From the NCBI GenBank assembly GCA_040218735.1, contig JAVJQW010000003.1:1-64000 (forward strand): a DNA stretch of 64,000 nucleotides, written 5' to 3'. Shown in pieces: positions 1 through 9,593 of the stretch. Position numbers and translations under genes: made by a program. Numbering within the stretch: position 1 is the stretch's first letter; the number at the start of each line of letters is the position of its first letter. The notes beneath the pieces were generated by a model. The model was not told the DNA's origin. It searched no databases and was given only the letters and a program-made list of their open reading frames with translations. The stretch is from Deltaproteobacteria bacterium (GTDB lineage: Bacteria; Myxococcota; Kuafuiibacteriia; Kuafuiibacteriales; Kuafuiibacteriaceae).

Positions 1-1
1 C

Positions 2-229
2 GATCACGTGGGCGGGCGTACGCTGGGCGCCAGGAGCGTAGTCGGCGAGCTCCGCTTGCTGTGTCGCGCGCACAACCTTCACGCGGCGCGGGAGGTGTTG
101 GGTCACGCCCTCATCGATCGGAGGATTCACGAGCGCCGCTCCACCCGGACCAGGCCAGGCTCGATTCCGGAGCCTACTCGGCCTGAACCGCATCCGACGC
201 CACCGGCACGCGCGGAGGGCAGTTCGTGA
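2..229 (+). CDS. 3' end of HNH endonuclease-like protein (partial, runs off the left edge)
   Basis: Frame 2 reads DHVGGRTLGARSVVGELRLLCRAHNLHAAREVLG, matching the DH..P...GG.....NLRLLCRxHN HNH pattern, with E in place of the usual N. Confidence 0.6.
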   Translation, partial: DHVGGRTLGARSVVGELRLLCRAHNLHAAREVLGHALIDRRIHERRSTRTRPGSIPEPTRPEPHPTPPARAEGSS

Positions 230-478
230 GAGCAATACCAGCCGGTGTTCGAGAGTGCTGCCCTCCTTCGGAGCACTGCGCTCCGCGGACCCCCGCCTTC
301 ACCCGCCCGGCGAAACGGCGGCCGAGGGACGAGTCGCTCCGCGGCGCCGGCGCGCTGCCCTACGTCGAGGCGCCCCGCGCCGCCTGATGGGAGCTCGAGC
401 CAGGCCCACCGGCGAGGTGAACGACATTCAACCCAGCCCTCACCCGAGCCCTTGCCCTGAGAGGGCTGGGGCCAGGGT

Positions 479-1129
479 CTAGAAGAAGTCCACGCACCGG
501 TCCTCCGGCGGGGCCGGCATCACGCCCGGGGTCTGCACGAACCGGATGTCCGCCATCGCGTCGGCGTTCGACAACCGCACGCGGTCCTTCGACTCCGAGC
601 CGCAGACCCCCTCCACCAGGTGGTAGCCGGGCGCGACGGCGCTCGTCCCTTCGAGCTGCAGCGACAGGCCGTCCTCGGCGTCGGGGACGTCGTCGTGCAC
701 GAACATGATCAGGTGCGACCACGACACGCCGATCAGCACGTCGTCGGGGCCCATCTCGCCGTCGCGATCGCGGTCGTCGAACACCAGCGGGCACGCGAAG
801 TCCGCGACCATCGATCCGTCGCTCGTCGCGTAGCGGTTCGGGAGGCGCGTCGGCGGCGCGTCGTAGACCGGCACCGTGAAGTACGAAGGGTAGGAGGTCG
901 GCGCTAGCGCGGACACGACGTCGAGCGTCTCGGCGACCCGGTCGTGCTCGCGCCACTTCCAGTACAGACCGACCGTCGGCTGCACGAGGTCCGCGGGGAC
1001 GTCGTCGCCGCACAGGATCCCTTCGAGCTCGAGGCGCGACTCGCCGAGGTAGTCACCGGGCGCGACCGGGTCGCCGCAGGCAACGAGGCAGAGCGACGCG
1101 ATCAGCGCCGCACGAGCTGCGATCTGCAT
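479..1129 (-). CDS. Lipoprotein, hypothetical
   Basis: ATG at 1129; signal peptide with lipobox LVAC; acidic, Cys-containing mature region. Confidence 0.75.
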   Translation of the reverse strand: MQIAARAALIASLCLVACGDPVAPGDYLGESRLELEGILCGDDVPADLVQPTVGLYWKWREHDRVAETLDVVSALAPTSYPSYFTVPVYDAPPTRLPNRYATSDGSMVADFACPLVFDDRDRDGEMGPDDVLIGVSWSHLIMFVHDDVPDAEDGLSLQLEGTSAVAPGYHLVEGVCGSESKDRVRLSNADAMADIRFVQTPGVMPAPPEDRCVDFF

Positions 1130-1157
1130 ACCGGCAAGGTAGCAGATCCGGAGCCCA

Positions 1158-2702
1158 TCAGAAGACCGTCCCCACGCCGAGCCCCGCCCGGAACGTGAAC
1201 GTCGCCGTGGCGGACGCGTCATCCGGCGACGCCCCCGCCCGCAACACGTACGCCGGCACGGCGGTCTCCAACCGGAAGAACAGCCGCCCCACCGGCAGCT
1301 CGGCCATCAAGAGGGGCCCCGCGGCGAGCCCAAACGACGTCCTCCGGGGCGTCGTCGCGTCGTCGAACCGCTGCAGAAGGCAGATCCCCGCGAGCTCCAG
1401 ACCCGCCGAGAACGTCAGCGGCCCCACGTCGAGCGCCCGCAGAACCGCCCCCCCGACGCCCAGCTCCGACGACCCGATCGAGACCCGCGCGTTGGTCGTG
1501 TCTGCAGCTCCTGCAGACATCCGCAGCTCGAACGACAACACCGCCGTGTCGTAGCGCCCACCGAACGTCGCGAGCCACGCACTCCCCCCGCCGAGGATGC
1601 TCCCCCGCACCCCGCCGGTCACGAACGCCGAGGTCGCCGAGGTCACGTCCGTGCCCCCCTTGCGCACCACGCGCGCAAACGCGAGCCGCGACATGTCGTC
1701 CGAAGAGACGGTGCGCGACGCCCGCGCCGGGACGTCGAAGTCGCCCTGCATCAGGTGGTCGTCGCCGCGACGCGTCACCCGGTACGGCCCCGCCGCGACG
1801 GCGATCGCGCGACGGCCCCGCTCGAGCGCGACCTCCGCCACCGTGACGTCGCGATCGCGCTCCTGCACGAGGTAGCGACCGCGCTCGACGAACTCCAGCA
1901 CGCCGATGCCGGCACGCGCCGCGCGGACGTCGGTGAGCGCGAGATCGTCGCGACCCTCCAGATCGATCTTGTACGTCGGGTGCTGCGGTCCCGCGATCGT
2001 CACGTTGGTCGCCGCGAGCGTGCGGTGCGACGCGTACGCAAACGACTCCTGCAACGTGACGATCCCATCCTCGTCGTGGTCCCCCGCGCCGCGCATCGCC
2101 GACGCGAAGAAGTGCGTGAAGAACGAAGCGCCAAGCTCGTCGGACTCCTGCGCGTCCTCCCCGGCGGCGCTCGACGCGATGATCGCGACGCCGCGCGCCT
2201 CCAACGTGCGCACGACGTTCACCGGGAACGCCGCGCCGTGCACGCCGCCCTTCACACGCGTGAGGACGCCCGATCGACAGGCGTCGAGCACCAACACCCG
2301 CGCACCCGCCGGTGAGGAGACGACACGATCGCGGAGCTCGGTGAGGGGGAGGCGGGTGTCGCCGAGGTGCAGCGCCTCGGCGTCGGCGTGGCCGGAGTAG
2401 TAGACGAACACCAGCGCGCCGTCGCCGTGTGCGGCCGCGCGTCGATCGATGTCGTCGAGCGCGGCCGTGAACCGCGCGGCGGTCGGCGCGACGAGGGAGA
2501 CGACGTCTTCGCGTTCGAAGCCGCCGATGGACGTGAGGATGTCCGTGATGCGGGCGGCGTCGGTCTCGGCGTAGCGGAGCAGCTCGTCACCGGGCGCGCC
2601 GCGGTTCGCGCCGACGACGAGCGCGATGCGTGTCCCCGCTTCGGCCTCCGCGGCGAACGACGCGAGCGCCGCGAGCACCCCGAGCTGGAGCGCGCGTTTC
2701 AT
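1158..2702 (-). CDS. Secreted caspase-family (peptidase C14) protein with C-terminal beta-rich region
   Basis: Signal peptide MKRALQLGVLAALASFAAEAEA; RIALVVGAN, YYSGHA (catalytic His), LDACRSG (catalytic Cys), SFFTHF; ends in amphipathic strands and a terminal Phe; start overlaps the upstream stop (ATGA). Confidence 0.85.
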   Translation of the reverse strand: MKRALQLGVLAALASFAAEAEAGTRIALVVGANRGAPGDELLRYAETDAARITDILTSIGGFEREDVVSLVAPTAARFTAALDDIDRRAAAHGDGALVFVYYSGHADAEALHLGDTRLPLTELRDRVVSSPAGARVLVLDACRSGVLTRVKGGVHGAAFPVNVVRTLEARGVAIIASSAAGEDAQESDELGASFFTHFFASAMRGAGDHDEDGIVTLQESFAYASHRTLAATNVTIAGPQHPTYKIDLEGRDDLALTDVRAARAGIGVLEFVERGRYLVQERDRDVTVAEVALERGRRAIAVAAGPYRVTRRGDDHLMQGDFDVPARASRTVSSDDMSRLAFARVVRKGGTDVTSATSAFVTGGVRGSILGGGSAWLATFGGRYDTAVLSFELRMSAGAADTTNARVSIGSSELGVGGAVLRALDVGPLTFSAGLELAGICLLQRFDDATTPRRTSFGLAAGPLLMAELPVGRLFFRLETAVPAYVLRAGASPDDASATATFTFRAGLGVGTVF

Positions 2703-3424
2703 GGCGCCGCGATCTTCTCGATCAAGAACGCCGACTGGAGGCAGTCCGTGCCCAGCGGCTTCATCCGCGCGGGATCTCCGCCGGCCGCATCGAGCGCCGC
2801 GCGAAGCTCGCGTTCGAGCTTCGCAGCCGAGGGCGGCGCGTCGCAGACGACGGCGACCAGGCGCTCGGCGCCCAACGTGTCGTCCAGCGTGATGCTCCCG
2901 TCGAGGAGCAGCGGGTCGTGGGCTTCGATGCGCAACGCGTCGGCCTCGTGGGGATAGTACACCGTGACGTTCGGCGCCGCGTCGGCCGAGAGCACCGCGG
3001 CGTAGCCCGCGCGCGGGGTCTTCAGCCGGAACCGAATCGCCTCGCCGGGCGAGAGCTTCGCGCCGGGTAGCAGCGTGTCGACGCGACCGTCCCGGTGCTT
3101 CGCCACGATCTCGAAGCCGAGCGCGCCCTTGGTGCGGGTGGTCGGCGATCGGCTCACCCCCACGGCGACCACCGCGACCGCGGCGACCATCGCGAGCGCG
3201 TACGGCCAACGACGCGGCGGGAGCGTACGGTCGATGCTCGCTTGCACCCACGGCGCGCGCATGAAGTCGTGCTGCGCGTCGAGGAGCTGATCGCGGCGAT
3301 GCGCGCAGGCGCCGCACGCGGCGAGGTGCCTGAGGGTCGTGCCGTCGGACTCGCCGGCGACGTGCTGGTCGAGCGCGAGATCCGACAGGCAGTCCGCGCT
3401 GCGCTGGAAGCGTTCTTCGCTCAT
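2699..3424 (-). CDS. Zinc-finger anti-sigma factor-like membrane protein with DUF4384-like C-terminal domain
   Basis: HLAACGAC (HxxxCxxC) motif, one TM helix, then RTKG and LSPGEAIRF; directly downstream of the ECF sigma gene. Confidence 0.75.
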   Translation of the reverse strand: MSEERFQRSADCLSDLALDQHVAGESDGTTLRHLAACGACAHRRDQLLDAQHDFMRAPWVQASIDRTLPPRRWPYALAMVAAVAVVAVGVSRSPTTRTKGALGFEIVAKHRDGRVDTLLPGAKLSPGEAIRFRLKTPRAGYAAVLSADAAPNVTVYYPHEADALRIEAHDPLLLDGSITLDDTLGAERLVAVVCDAPPSAAKLERELRAALDAAGGDPARMKPLGTDCLQSAFLIEKIAAP

Positions 3425-3918
3425 CGTGAGCCCCCTTCGGCGGCGCGCGCGGCGTGTTCGCGGAACGCCTCCAGTCGGTTGCCGATCGTCCGGCGCGAGA
3501 CCCCCAACAGGTCCGCGATCTCCGACTGCTTCATCTGGTCGAGGTAGTAGTAGACGGCGACCTGCGCGAGGTCCTCCGGGACGCGGCGCATCACCTCGCG
3601 CAGGAACACGCGATCCTCGAGCACGTTCGTCGTGCCCTCGCGACGTGGGTGATGGAGGTCGAGCAGCTCCAGCCGTCGGCGCTCGTTGCGCGTGACGTTG
3701 AGACAGTAGTTCGTCGTCACGCGGTACAGCCACGTGGTCGGCGAGACGTCGTCCCAGATTTCGACGCCGGATCGCAGCGCCCGCACGAACACCTCCTGGA
3801 CCGCGTCACGCGCGGCCGCTTCGTTTCCGAGGATCGCGGACGCACGGCGATACACCATCGAGCCATGGGCTCGATACAGGGCCTCCATCGATCCGCGATC
3901 CATCCTCGCCGTGGCCAT
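3421..3918 (-). CDS. ECF RNA polymerase sigma factor
   Basis: Region 2 AARDAVQEVF..WLYRVTTNYCLN; region 4 QSEIADLLGVSRRTI; start could be 3918 or 3903. Confidence 0.9.
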   Translation of the reverse strand: MATARMDRGSMEALYRAHGSMVYRRASAILGNEAAARDAVQEVFVRALRSGVEIWDDVSPTTWLYRVTTNYCLNVTRNERRRLELLDLHHPRREGTTNVLEDRVFLREVMRRVPEDLAQVAVYYYLDQMKQSEIADLLGVSRRTIGNRLEAFREHAARAAEGGSR

Positions 3919-3969
3919 GCATTGAACCCGCGAACACCGATCGAGGGCACGTTTTTTTCGGCCCGGTGT

Positions 3970-5073
3970 TCAGGGTTCGAGGTAGAGGCGCCGCGCGAAG
4001 CTGTTCGACTGGTCCGCGACGAGCAGCGAGTCGCCATCGAGCGCCACGCGAGAGAGGAAACCGAACTGGGCGTCGAGCGCGTCGCCGCCCACGCCCTCCG
4101 TGCCGTTGGTGCCCGTGCCGGCGATCGTGGTGATGACCCCGCTCGGGTCGATGCGGCGCACGCGGAAGTTGGCGCCGTCGGTGATGTACATCGTGCCGTC
4201 CTCCGCGATCGCGATCCCGTCCGGCCAGTTGAGCTGCGCCGAGGTCGCCGGTCCGCCGTCGCCCGAAAATCCCGACACCCCGGTGCCGACGACGGTGGAG
4301 ATCGTCCCGTCCGGCGCGAGCTTGCGCACGACGCAGCCCACGCGCTCCGCGATGAAGAGGTTGCCGTCGGCGTCGAGGGTGATCGCGGTCGGCCAATCGA
4401 GCTGCGCTTCGTCGCCCGGTCCGCCGTCGCCGGAGGTGCCGGGCTCGCCGGTGCCGGCGACGGTGGTCACGACGCCGTCGCGGATGCGCCGCACACGATT
4501 GGCGCGGCTGTCGCTCACGTAGATCGTCCCGTCCGGCGCGATGGCGATCCCGTCCAGCTGGTTGAACTCCGCTTCGAGCGCGGGGCCGCCGTCGCCGGAG
4601 TCACCGACGGTGGAGGTCCCGGCGATCGTCTCGAGGCGACCGTCGTCGGCGAGCACGAGCACGCGGGGGTCGTGGTACGAGACGATCACGACGCGCCCGT
4701 CCGGCAGGTAGTCGAAGTCGATCGGGTTCTCGAGCGGGGAGTCGAGCGCGTCGGTCTCGGTGTCGGCGAAGCCGTGCACGCCGCTGCCCACGGCGGTGCG
4801 GATCCTCCCGTCCTCGTCGATGCGACGCAGGCGGAAGTTGTTGAAGTCCATCAAATAGATCAACCCGTCCGGCGCGCGGCGGACGCGGGACAGGAGGTTG
4901 AGCTTCGTCTCTTCGGCGGGGAGCCCCTCGCCGTTGTAGCCGATGCCGCCGACGCCGGCGACGGGGCACAGCGTCCCCGGGGTCCGCTCCAGGCAGCGAT
5001 CCGCTCCGCAGCCGATCGCTCCGACCGCCCCGAACGCGACGAACGCGACCACGATGAGGTGCGCGCGGATCAT
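3970..5073 (-). CDS. NHL-repeat beta-propeller lipoprotein
   Basis: Lipobox AIGC; repeated GDGGPA..AQL.WP.GIA.A.DG..YI.D motifs. Confidence 0.85.
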   Translation of the reverse strand: MIRAHLIVVAFVAFGAVGAIGCGADRCLERTPGTLCPVAGVGGIGYNGEGLPAEETKLNLLSRVRRAPDGLIYLMDFNNFRLRRIDEDGRIRTAVGSGVHGFADTETDALDSPLENPIDFDYLPDGRVVIVSYHDPRVLVLADDGRLETIAGTSTVGDSGDGGPALEAEFNQLDGIAIAPDGTIYVSDSRANRVRRIRDGVVTTVAGTGEPGTSGDGGPGDEAQLDWPTAITLDADGNLFIAERVGCVVRKLAPDGTISTVVGTGVSGFSGDGGPATSAQLNWPDGIAIAEDGTMYITDGANFRVRRIDPSGVITTIAGTGTNGTEGVGGDALDAQFGFLSRVALDGDSLLVADQSNSFARRLYLEP

Positions 5074-5600
5074 TCGGTCACCGGACAGTCTGCCATCACC
5101 GACAGCTCGATGAGGTTCCAGCTGTTGTCGCCGTGGTTGTCGACGTGCCACCGGATCGGCGTCGCGGCGGCGGCGGCGCTCGGGACGACGACGTCGGTTT
5201 CGAAGAGCTCACCCTCCGAGGGGATGTCGACGTCCTGCGTCCACAGCGAGTCGTCGCCGAGCGCGAGCTCCAGGTGCCCGACGCCGGTCACCGAGCTCGT
5301 CAGGGCGTAGTGATACACGCGCAGATGGATCGCCGCGCCAGCCGCGACGGGGATCATCGTCGGTTGCTCCAGCGTCGCGGCGGAGCAGTCGGTCGTGATC
5401 ACGGAGACCGAAGGCTCCGCGCCGAAGAACTCCGAGGTCACGTCGTTGCGGCCGCAAGGCCCCTTGCGCCCGACCTCCCCCGTCTCCGGGACGATCGACC
5501 AGCGGTAGTGATCGACCAACGTCGTCGGGCACTGCGTCACCTCCGGAGAGGGACCGCACCCGGCGATCAGCGCGACGAGGAGGATCAGGGGTGCGCGCAC
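5070..5600 (-). CDS. Lipoprotein, hypothetical
   Basis: GTG start, lipobox IAGC; C-terminal WHVDNHGDNSW; coupled to both neighbours. Confidence 0.7.
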   Translation of the reverse strand: MRAPLILLVALIAGCGPSPEVTQCPTTLVDHYRWSIVPETGEVGRKGPCGRNDVTSEFFGAEPSVSVITTDCSAATLEQPTMIPVAAGAAIHLRVYHYALTSSVTGVGHLELALGDDSLWTQDVDIPSEGELFETDVVVPSAAAAATPIRWHVDNHGDNSWNLIELSVMADCPVTE

Positions 5601-6052
5601 GTCCCTTCGTAACCTCCCTCGGATTCGACGCCGCACCCGGTGTGGCAACCGTAGCAGCGCGGCGTGTCGACGCCGACGACGTTGCGGTCCGCGTCGACGC
5701 GCTGCCAGCGCCAGTCGAGCGCGGCCGGCGCCGTCCCGTCGGCGAGGCGGGTCATCACCGTCCACTGCTTGATCGCGCCCGAGCAGTCCGTGTCCGTGAA
5801 GTCGTACTCCTCCTTGAGCACCACCGCCCCGACCGGGAACGGCGCGTCGCGGTTTTGGTACGGGGAGAGCGCGACCGGATCGGCGAGCATGCGGACGTAG
5901 TTCAGGTCGTGGTCGCCGCTCGTCCGGCAGTCGCGGACCTCGACGTAGGTCGCCGCGTAGTCCGCCGGGAAGTCCGGCGCGGGACCGTCGTCGTCTCCCG
6001 TGCCGTTGCACGCGGCGAGGCACAGGAGCGTGAAGAGCGCTCGACGCATCAT
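5585..6052 (-). CDS. Cytochrome P460 family lipoprotein
   Basis: Lipobox LAAC; FPVGAVVLKE (Lys at the cross-link position), WTVM..., DWRW and a C-terminal CYGCH heme motif, the typical P460/c'-beta layout. Confidence 0.75.
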   Translation of the reverse strand: MMRRALFTLLCLAACNGTGDDDGPAPDFPADYAATYVEVRDCRTSGDHDLNYVRMLADPVALSPYQNRDAPFPVGAVVLKEEYDFTDTDCSGAIKQWTVMTRLADGTAPAALDWRWQRVDADRNVVGVDTPRCYGCHTGCGVESEGGYEGTCAHP

Positions 6053-7329
6053 CTCAACCGAAGCGCTCGTATCACATGGTTGCCCGTGTCGGCGATGTAG
6101 AGCACGCCGTCCGCGTAGGAGAGCCCGTACGGGATCTTCAGCAGCGCATCGAGCGCGGCCACGCCGTCGCCTTCGTCCCCCTTCTCTCCGCACTGCCCCG
6201 CGACGCGATCGATCGTGCCGTTCGGCGCGATCTTCCGGACGCAGTGGTTGTAGACGTCCGAGAAGTAGAGCGTGCCGTCGTCGCCGAACACGAGGTCGAC
6301 GGGGGCGTTGAGGAGCGCGTCCGTCGCCGGTCCGCCGTCGCCCGCGTAACCCTGCTGCGCGACGCCGTCGACCGGCGCCTGGCCCGCGATGCGGTGGACG
6401 ACGCCGTCGGTGTCGATCATGCGGATGATGTTGTTCGAGGTGTCGGCGAAGTACAGGTTGCCGGCGTCGTCGAAGACGATTCGCCCGGCCGGGATCGCCG
6501 ACTGCCCGAACGGTTGCGCCATCCGCATCTCCATGGCCGGCCCTTCGTCGCCGCTGTACGCGGGGGTGCAAGGCAGCTTGCAAGACTCCACGGGATCTCC
6601 GCAGACGAACTTCCCCGACGGGCGCCCCGCGGCGTCGTCCGGGCACTGCACGGGGGTCTCACACGGCCCGGGGCCTCCGGGCGGCGGGTTGTCGACGATG
6701 CACTGGCCGGCGATCCGCTCGATGGTCCCGTCGGCGTTGATCCGGCGGAGGACCTGGTTCGCTTCGTCCATGATCACGAGGCGCCCCATCGGATCGAGCG
6801 CGATGCTCGCGGGGAGATCGAGCGAGGAGGTCAGCGCGGCCTCGCCGTCGCCGAAGTACGCGCGTTTGCCGTCGCCGCCCATGTCTTCCACTTCGCGCGT
6901 CGCGAGATCGATCGTGCGGATCTTGCTGTTGTGCCACGCGGCGATGATCAGCTTGTTACCCGTCGCGTCGAAGATCATGTTCGGCGGGTGGTTGAAGTCG
7001 TTGTTCGCCGGGTCGTCGAGCGTGCCGCCGAGCTCACCGCGGCCCGCGACCCACTTCAGCAGACCGTCGGAGTCGAGGTGCCGGATGCGGTGGTTGTTCC
7101 AGTCCGGGATGTACAGCGTGCCGTCCGGCGCGGGGAGTGAGTCCTGCGGCAGGCTCATGCGCGCTTCGAGCGCGGGGATGTCGCGGTCGTCGGCGCCCGT
7201 GTCGTAGCCGTTCTCGCCGTTGCCGGCGATCGTGCAGATGTTCCCGACGATGCTCCGATCGCAGGGCTCGGGCTCGTCTTCGCCGCTGCACGCGAACAAC
7301 GGGAGCGCGATCCAGATCCAACGCTTCAT
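6049..7329 (-). CDS. NHL-repeat beta-propeller lipoprotein with Cys-rich insert
   Basis: Lipobox LFAC; NHL repeats; insert containing six Cys. Confidence 0.85.
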   Translation of the reverse strand: MKRWIWIALPLFACSGEDEPEPCDRSIVGNICTIAGNGENGYDTGADDRDIPALEARMSLPQDSLPAPDGTLYIPDWNNHRIRHLDSDGLLKWVAGRGELGGTLDDPANNDFNHPPNMIFDATGNKLIIAAWHNSKIRTIDLATREVEDMGGDGKRAYFGDGEAALTSSLDLPASIALDPMGRLVIMDEANQVLRRINADGTIERIAGQCIVDNPPPGGPGPCETPVQCPDDAAGRPSGKFVCGDPVESCKLPCTPAYSGDEGPAMEMRMAQPFGQSAIPAGRIVFDDAGNLYFADTSNNIIRMIDTDGVVHRIAGQAPVDGVAQQGYAGDGGPATDALLNAPVDLVFGDDGTLYFSDVYNHCVRKIAPNGTIDRVAGQCGEKGDEGDGVAALDALLKIPYGLSYADGVLYIADTGNHVIRALRLR

Positions 7330-8498
7330 CGCATCACCTTTACGATTCGATTGTTGAGGGAGTCCATGACGTAGAGGTCACCGGCGGGGTCGAACGCGAT
7401 CCCGAACGGCCGGCGCAAGTGCGTCGCCTCCGCGGCGAGCTGCTCCTCCTCGTCGAGGCCGAGCTCCCCGGTGCCGACGACGGTGCGGATCGTGTCGTCG
7501 TCGAGATCGATCGCGCGCACCGCGCCGTTGTCGGTGTCGGCGAAGTACAGGTCGCCGTCGGGGCCGATCTCCAAGTCGCGCGGTCCGGAGAGCATCGCGT
7601 CGGCCGCGGGCCCGCCGTCGCCGCCGAAGCCCTTGTCGCCGGTGCCCGCGAACGTCGCGACGGTGTCGGCGTCGAGGTCCATCACGCGGATGCGGTTGCC
7701 GATGGTGTCGGCGATGTAGAGCTTGCGCTCGTGGTAGACGAGGCAGCCGCTCGGGTTCGGGTTGGAGCCGCGCTCCCAATTGAACTGCGCTTCGAGCGCC
7801 GGGCCGTCTGCGAAGCCGGGCTCACCGGTGCCCGCGATGGTGTCGATCATCCCGTCGGTGTCGATCATGCGGATGCGTTGGTTCTGCTGGTCGAGGATGT
7901 AGAGGTTGCCGGCCTCGTCGTACGTGGCGTCGTTCGGTTGGATGAAGCGCGCCCCCGTCGCCGGGCCGCCGTCGCCCGCGAAGCCCGCCCCGGCGCCGGC
8001 GATGACGGTGACGAAGCCCGTGTCGGAGTCGACCTCGAGGATCTTGTGGTTGTGCCACGCGACGAGGACGACGTTGCCGTTGGGGTGCATCAGCAGGTTC
8101 GTCGGGTGATTGAGCTGCCAGTCGTCGCCCGGCCCGCCGCCGGGCGGGATGCCGCCGAGCGGCCCGTCGCCCGGGAACACCGGGTCGGTCCAACCCACGA
8201 CGCTCTGCACCGTCTGATCCGGGAGGATCTTGCGGACGAGGTAGTTGTTGAAGTCGGTCAGCCACATCGTCCCGTCCGGGTGGAACAACAGGTCCTGCAC
8301 CTGGTTGAACTGTGTCTGCCAGCGCGGCTTGCCGTCGCCGTTGAACCCTTCGAAACCCTTGAGCCCCGCCCAGGTGCACGCGGTGCCGGCGGTCTGGCCG
8401 ATGCACGCGTCGACGGGCTCGGCGGTGTCGTCGTCATCGCCGCTGCACGCGCTACATACGAGCAGCGCCGCGCCCAGCAGGCTTCCCCAACCTTTCAT
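7326..8498 (-). CDS. NHL-repeat beta-propeller lipoprotein
   Basis: ATG at 8498, lipobox CSAC, NHL/GDGGPA repeats; close paralog of 9594-10736. Confidence 0.85.
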   Translation of the reverse strand: MKGWGSLLGAALLVCSACSGDDDDTAEPVDACIGQTAGTACTWAGLKGFEGFNGDGKPRWQTQFNQVQDLLFHPDGTMWLTDFNNYLVRKILPDQTVQSVVGWTDPVFPGDGPLGGIPPGGGPGDDWQLNHPTNLLMHPNGNVVLVAWHNHKILEVDSDTGFVTVIAGAGAGFAGDGGPATGARFIQPNDATYDEAGNLYILDQQNQRIRMIDTDGMIDTIAGTGEPGFADGPALEAQFNWERGSNPNPSGCLVYHERKLYIADTIGNRIRVMDLDADTVATFAGTGDKGFGGDGGPAADAMLSGPRDLEIGPDGDLYFADTDNGAVRAIDLDDDTIRTVVGTGELGLDEEEQLAAEATHLRRPFGIAFDPAGDLYVMDSLNNRIVKVMR

Positions 8499-9523
8499 CA
8501 CAAACCTCCGGCGGGCACGTCGCGCGCGCCCTTGTAGATCATCACGCCGTTCACCAACGGCAGCGCGGCCGTGCGGCCGCCGACGGACCACACGCCGCCT
8601 TCGTCGTCCATCCACACCGCGTGCAGGTTCTCGGCGGTGAGCACGGTGGGCTCTTCGTGCCAGCCACCGGCGTCACGTCGGAACACCGACCCGAACTGCC
8701 CGACCGTGTAACCCACCTCGTTGGCGCCGAGCACGACGCCCGAGAGGCCGCTGATCACGGAAGGCGGGGTCACGTCCTGCCAAGTGTTACCGTCGTACTC
8801 GACGATCACGCCGCTCCCGAGCCCGCCGACCGCGGCGTAACGCCCGCCGCGTCCGTGCACGGTGAACAGCGATCCTCCGACGCCGGTCTGGCCTTCGGTG
8901 AGCGTCGTCCCGTTCCACTGAAACGAAACCGATCCGCTCCCGACCAACCACACGTCGTCGGCGCGCGTACCGAACACCTTCCACACCGCCGCGGTGCTCG
9001 CGGTCTCGACGGGGAGCGAGGGCTCCGGCGTCCAGGTGTTCGAGCCGTCGTTGCGCCACGCGAAGCCTCCGCGCGTGCCCAGCTCGCCGCCGACGGCCCA
9101 CACGTCGGTCGGGCTCGAGCCCCACAGCCCGAACACCGTCGCGGCGGAGGGGGTGTCCATCGTCGTGAACGTGCCGCCGTCGTACTTCAGGATGCGGCCG
9201 CCGGTGCCCCCCATGAAGATGGGCCCGCCTTCGAAGCCGAAGACCCACCACAGGTCGCCCCCGTCGACACCGGTCGGGACGCGGGACCAGGACGCGCCGT
9301 CGTAGTGCACGACGAGCGGCCCCGTCCCGTCGCGAAGGTCGCCCCCGACGGCCCAGACGTCGTCCGGTCCGGCCCCCCATACCGACAACAGGGCCGCCGG
9401 GAGCTCTGAATCGATCAAGCGCCACTCGACGGTCGTCGCGTCGTCGTCGTCGGCCCCGTCGTCGCCGTTGCAGGCGGCGGTCAGGAGCGCGAGGGATGCG
9501 GCTGCGACGAGGACGCGAGACAT
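8498..9523 (-). CDS. Beta-propeller lipoprotein (VWG..xxDVWAVG repeats)
   Basis: ATG at 9523, lipobox TAAC; repeated L..VWG.GP.DVWAVG...YDG..W blades. Confidence 0.8.
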   Translation of the reverse strand: MSRVLVAAASLALLTAACNGDDGADDDDATTVEWRLIDSELPAALLSVWGAGPDDVWAVGGDLRDGTGPLVVHYDGASWSRVPTGVDGGDLWWVFGFEGGPIFMGGTGGRILKYDGGTFTTMDTPSAATVFGLWGSSPTDVWAVGGELGTRGGFAWRNDGSNTWTPEPSLPVETASTAAVWKVFGTRADDVWLVGSGSVSFQWNGTTLTEGQTGVGGSLFTVHGRGGRYAAVGGLGSGVIVEYDGNTWQDVTPPSVISGLSGVVLGANEVGYTVGQFGSVFRRDAGGWHEEPTVLTAENLHAVWMDDEGGVWSVGGRTAALPLVNGVMIYKGARDVPAGGL

Positions 9524-9593
9524 GCGGCACCCCTTGAACCCGCGACCGGGCTTCGGGGGCAGAACTTTTGTCTCGGTGGTAGCTTGAGTCGTC

